NCBI RefSeq assembly: GCF_026210795.1
Contig: NC_089433.1
Coordinates: forward strand, 3,100,001-3,164,000
Source: Rhizophagus irregularis
Taxonomy: Eukaryota
Direction of reading: 5' to 3'
Length of the DNA stretch: 64,000 bases
The notes below the pieces were generated by a model that did no database searches, was not told the DNA's origin, and worked only from the letters and a program-made list of their open reading frames with translations. A program made the position numbers and the translations under genes. Below are positions 61,419 through 64,000 of this stretch, one piece after another; positions within the stretch are counted from its first letter, which is position 1, and the number at the start of each line of letters is the position of its first letter.

Positions 61419-61601
61419 ATTATAACTTTTTTTTCTTGTTAGAGTTTTTTCTCTGAGTTTTTTTTTTTCAAGGTAAAACATATATATGTGATGCATAATA
61501 CACAGATAAACTAATATGCGTAATAGCGTAATATACATGTACACATTAACATGTGACCAATGTGACTAAATAAACTAATTCTGATTGGTTGATCTTAAAG
61601 G

Positions 61602-61780
61602 CACTGGTCAAAATCAATTCTATCGGGTACATATCGGGTACCTATATATCGGTGGCTAATCGGATAAATATCGGGTATTTTTACATATAGGGTACCCGAT
61701 AGCTAAGCTATTAGTCACTGATATTGTATATCGGGCATTGATCTATCTTACACATATCAGGTACCCGATATGTAAATTTT
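61602..61780 (+). mobile_element. Left end of a CACTG (CACTA-type) element
   Basis: CACTGGTCAAAAT followed by ATATCGGGTAC/GTACCCGATAT subterminal motifs shared with the 32819 MITE; other end not in the window. Confidence 0.65.
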
Positions 61781-61869
61781 AATACGTAAGATTTTTATTT
61801 TGTACAACGTACTGTATTATATATAATCCGTTTCAACTAAAATTTTTTATTTAAATTCATTTTTTAGAT

Positions 61870-64000
61870 AATTTTTATAAATAATTTTCTAAGAAATTTT
61901 AAAAGTCCATTTGAATAATATTTAATAGGGATTTTATTTAAGAAACTTTTAGATAGATTTTTTTGAGAAATTTTTTAAGAGTCCGTTTGGAAAAATTATT
62001 TTTTTAACTAAGAGGATCATTTAGAGCATTTTTGATAGAGAATTTTCTAAAGATTTGTTTGGAGAGATTATTTTTGAGAATTTTTTAACTAAAGGGACCG
62101 TTTGGAACATTTTTTGATAGAGAATTTTCTAAGAATTCGTTTGGGAAATGGTTTTTTGAGAATTTTTTAACTAAAAGGATCATTTAGGCATTTTTTGATT
62201 GAGAATTTTCTAAGAGTTCGTTTAGGGAAATTATTTTTTGTATTTTTTAATTAAGGGAATCGCTTAGGGCATTTTTGATAGAGAATTTTCTAATGATTCG
62301 TTTGGAGAGATTGTTTTTGAGAATTTTTTAACTAAAGGGAACGTTTGGAACATTTTTGATAGAGAATTTTCTAAGAATTCGTTTAGAAAATGGTTTTTCG
62401 AGAATTTTTTAACTAAAAGGATTATTTAGGGCATTTTTTGATTGAGAATTTTCTAAGAGTTCATTTAGGGAAATTATTTTTTGAATTTTTTAATTAAGGA
62501 GATGGTTTAGGGCATTTTTTGATTGAGAATTTTCTAAGAGTTCGTTTAGGGAAATTATTTTTTGTATTTTTTAATTAAGGGGATTGTTTAGGGCATTTTT
62601 TGATAGAGAATTTTCTAAGGATTCATTTGGAGAGATTATTTTTGAGAATTTTTTAACCAAGAGATCGTTTGGAACATTTTTTGATAGAGAATTTTCTAAG
62701 AGTTTGTTTGGGAAATGGTTTTTTGAGAATTTTTTAACTTAAAGGATCATTTAGAGCATTTTTGATTGAGAATTTTCTAAGAGTTCGTTTGGGGAAATTA
62801 TTTTTTGTATTTTTTAATTAAGGGGATCGCTTAAGGCATTTTTGATAGAGAATTTTCTAATGATTCGTTTGGAGAGATTGTTTTTGAGAATTTTTTAACT
62901 AAAGGGAACACTTGGAACATTTTTGATAGAGAATTTTCTAAGAATTTGTTTGGGAAATGGTTTTTTGAGAATTTTTTAACTAAAAGGATCATTTAGGGCA
63001 TTTTTGATAGAGAATTTTCTAAGAGTTTGTTTGGGGAAATTATTTTTTGTATTTTTTAATTAAGGGGATCACTTAGAGCATTTTTGATAGAAAATTTTCT
63101 AATGATTCGTTTGAAGAGATTGTTTTTGAGATTTTTTAACTAAAGGGAACGTTTGGAACATTTTTGATAGAGAATTTTCTAAGAGTTCGTTTGGGAAATG
63201 GTTTTTCGAGAATTTTTTAATTAAAAGAATCATTTAGGGCATTTTTTGATAGAGAATTTTCTAAGAGTGTTTAGGGAAATTATTTTTTGAATTTTTTAAT
63301 TAAGGGGATCGTTTAGGGCATTTTTTGATAGAGAATTTTCTAATGATTCGTTTGGAGATATTATTTTTGAGAATTTTTTAACCAAAGGGACTGTTGGAAC
63401 ATTTTTTGATAGAGAATTTTTTTGATAGAGAATTTTCTAAAAGTTTGTTTGGAAAAATTATTTTTTGAGAATTTTTTAACTGAAGGTATCATTTGATAGA
63501 GAAATTTCTAAGAGTTCGTTTAGGAAAATTATTTTTTGTATTTTTTAATTAAGGGAATCGCTTAGGGCATTTTTGATAGAGAATTTTCTAATGATTCGTT
63601 TGGAGAGATTGTTTTTGAGAATTTTTTAATTAAAGGGAACGTTTGGAACATTTTTGATAGAGAATTTTCTAAGAATTTGTTTGGGAAATGGTTTTTCGAG
63701 AATTTTTTAACTAAAAGGATCATTTAGGGCATTTTTTGATTGAGAATTTTCTAAGAGTTCGTTTAGGGAAATTATTTTTTGAATTTTTTAATTAAGGAGA
63801 TCGTTTAGGGCATTTGATAGAGAATTTTCTAAGGATTCGTTTGGAGAGATTATTTTTGAGAATTTTTTAACTAAAGGGAATGTTTGGAACATTTTTGATA
63901 GAGAATTTTCTAAGAGTTCGTTTGGGAAATAGTTTTTCAAGAATTTTTTAATTAAAAGGATCATTTAGGGCATTTTTTGATAGAGAATTTTCTAAGGATT
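61870..64000. repeat. ~76-bp tandem satellite with higher-order variants, running off the window
   Basis: TTTTTGATAGAGAATTTTCTAAGAGTTCGTTTGG...TTTTTGAGAATTTTTTAACTAAAGGG repeated about 28 times. Confidence 0.93.

Overview
Very AT-rich, intron-containing eukaryotic DNA. Its gene families and repeat landscape resemble an arbuscular mycorrhizal fungus (Rhizophagus-like Glomeromycota); that is an inference. The centrepiece is a young, full-length, minus-strand Ty3/Gypsy LTR retrotransposon (6255-19292; 520/521-bp LTRs, GCGT TSD, PBS, PPT) with unusual organisation. Gag-PR-RT-RNaseH is followed in frame by a Cys/His-rich domain, and integrase is a separate ORF. A 3' accessory cassette holds a spliced antisense basic/coiled-coil (bZIP-like) gene and a divergent 137-aa ORF. 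The element split an exon of an older gene, and its gag is itself split by a 3.5-kb TIR element carrying an intact 4-exon Myb/SANT-like gene that the ORF track misses. The window also holds a degraded CMC/EnSpm-like transposase locus, seven copies of a 363-bp MITE, many other non-autonomous TIR elements with clear TSDs, a probable non-LTR insertion, a micro-exon array, a degraded MULE/FAR1 transposase next to a second Myb/SANT gene, and a ~76-bp satellite. Two apparently intact metabolic genes, a BAHD-type acyltransferase and a cytochrome P450, lie divergently at 40-47 kb. All family calls come from motif recognition by eye; no searches were run.
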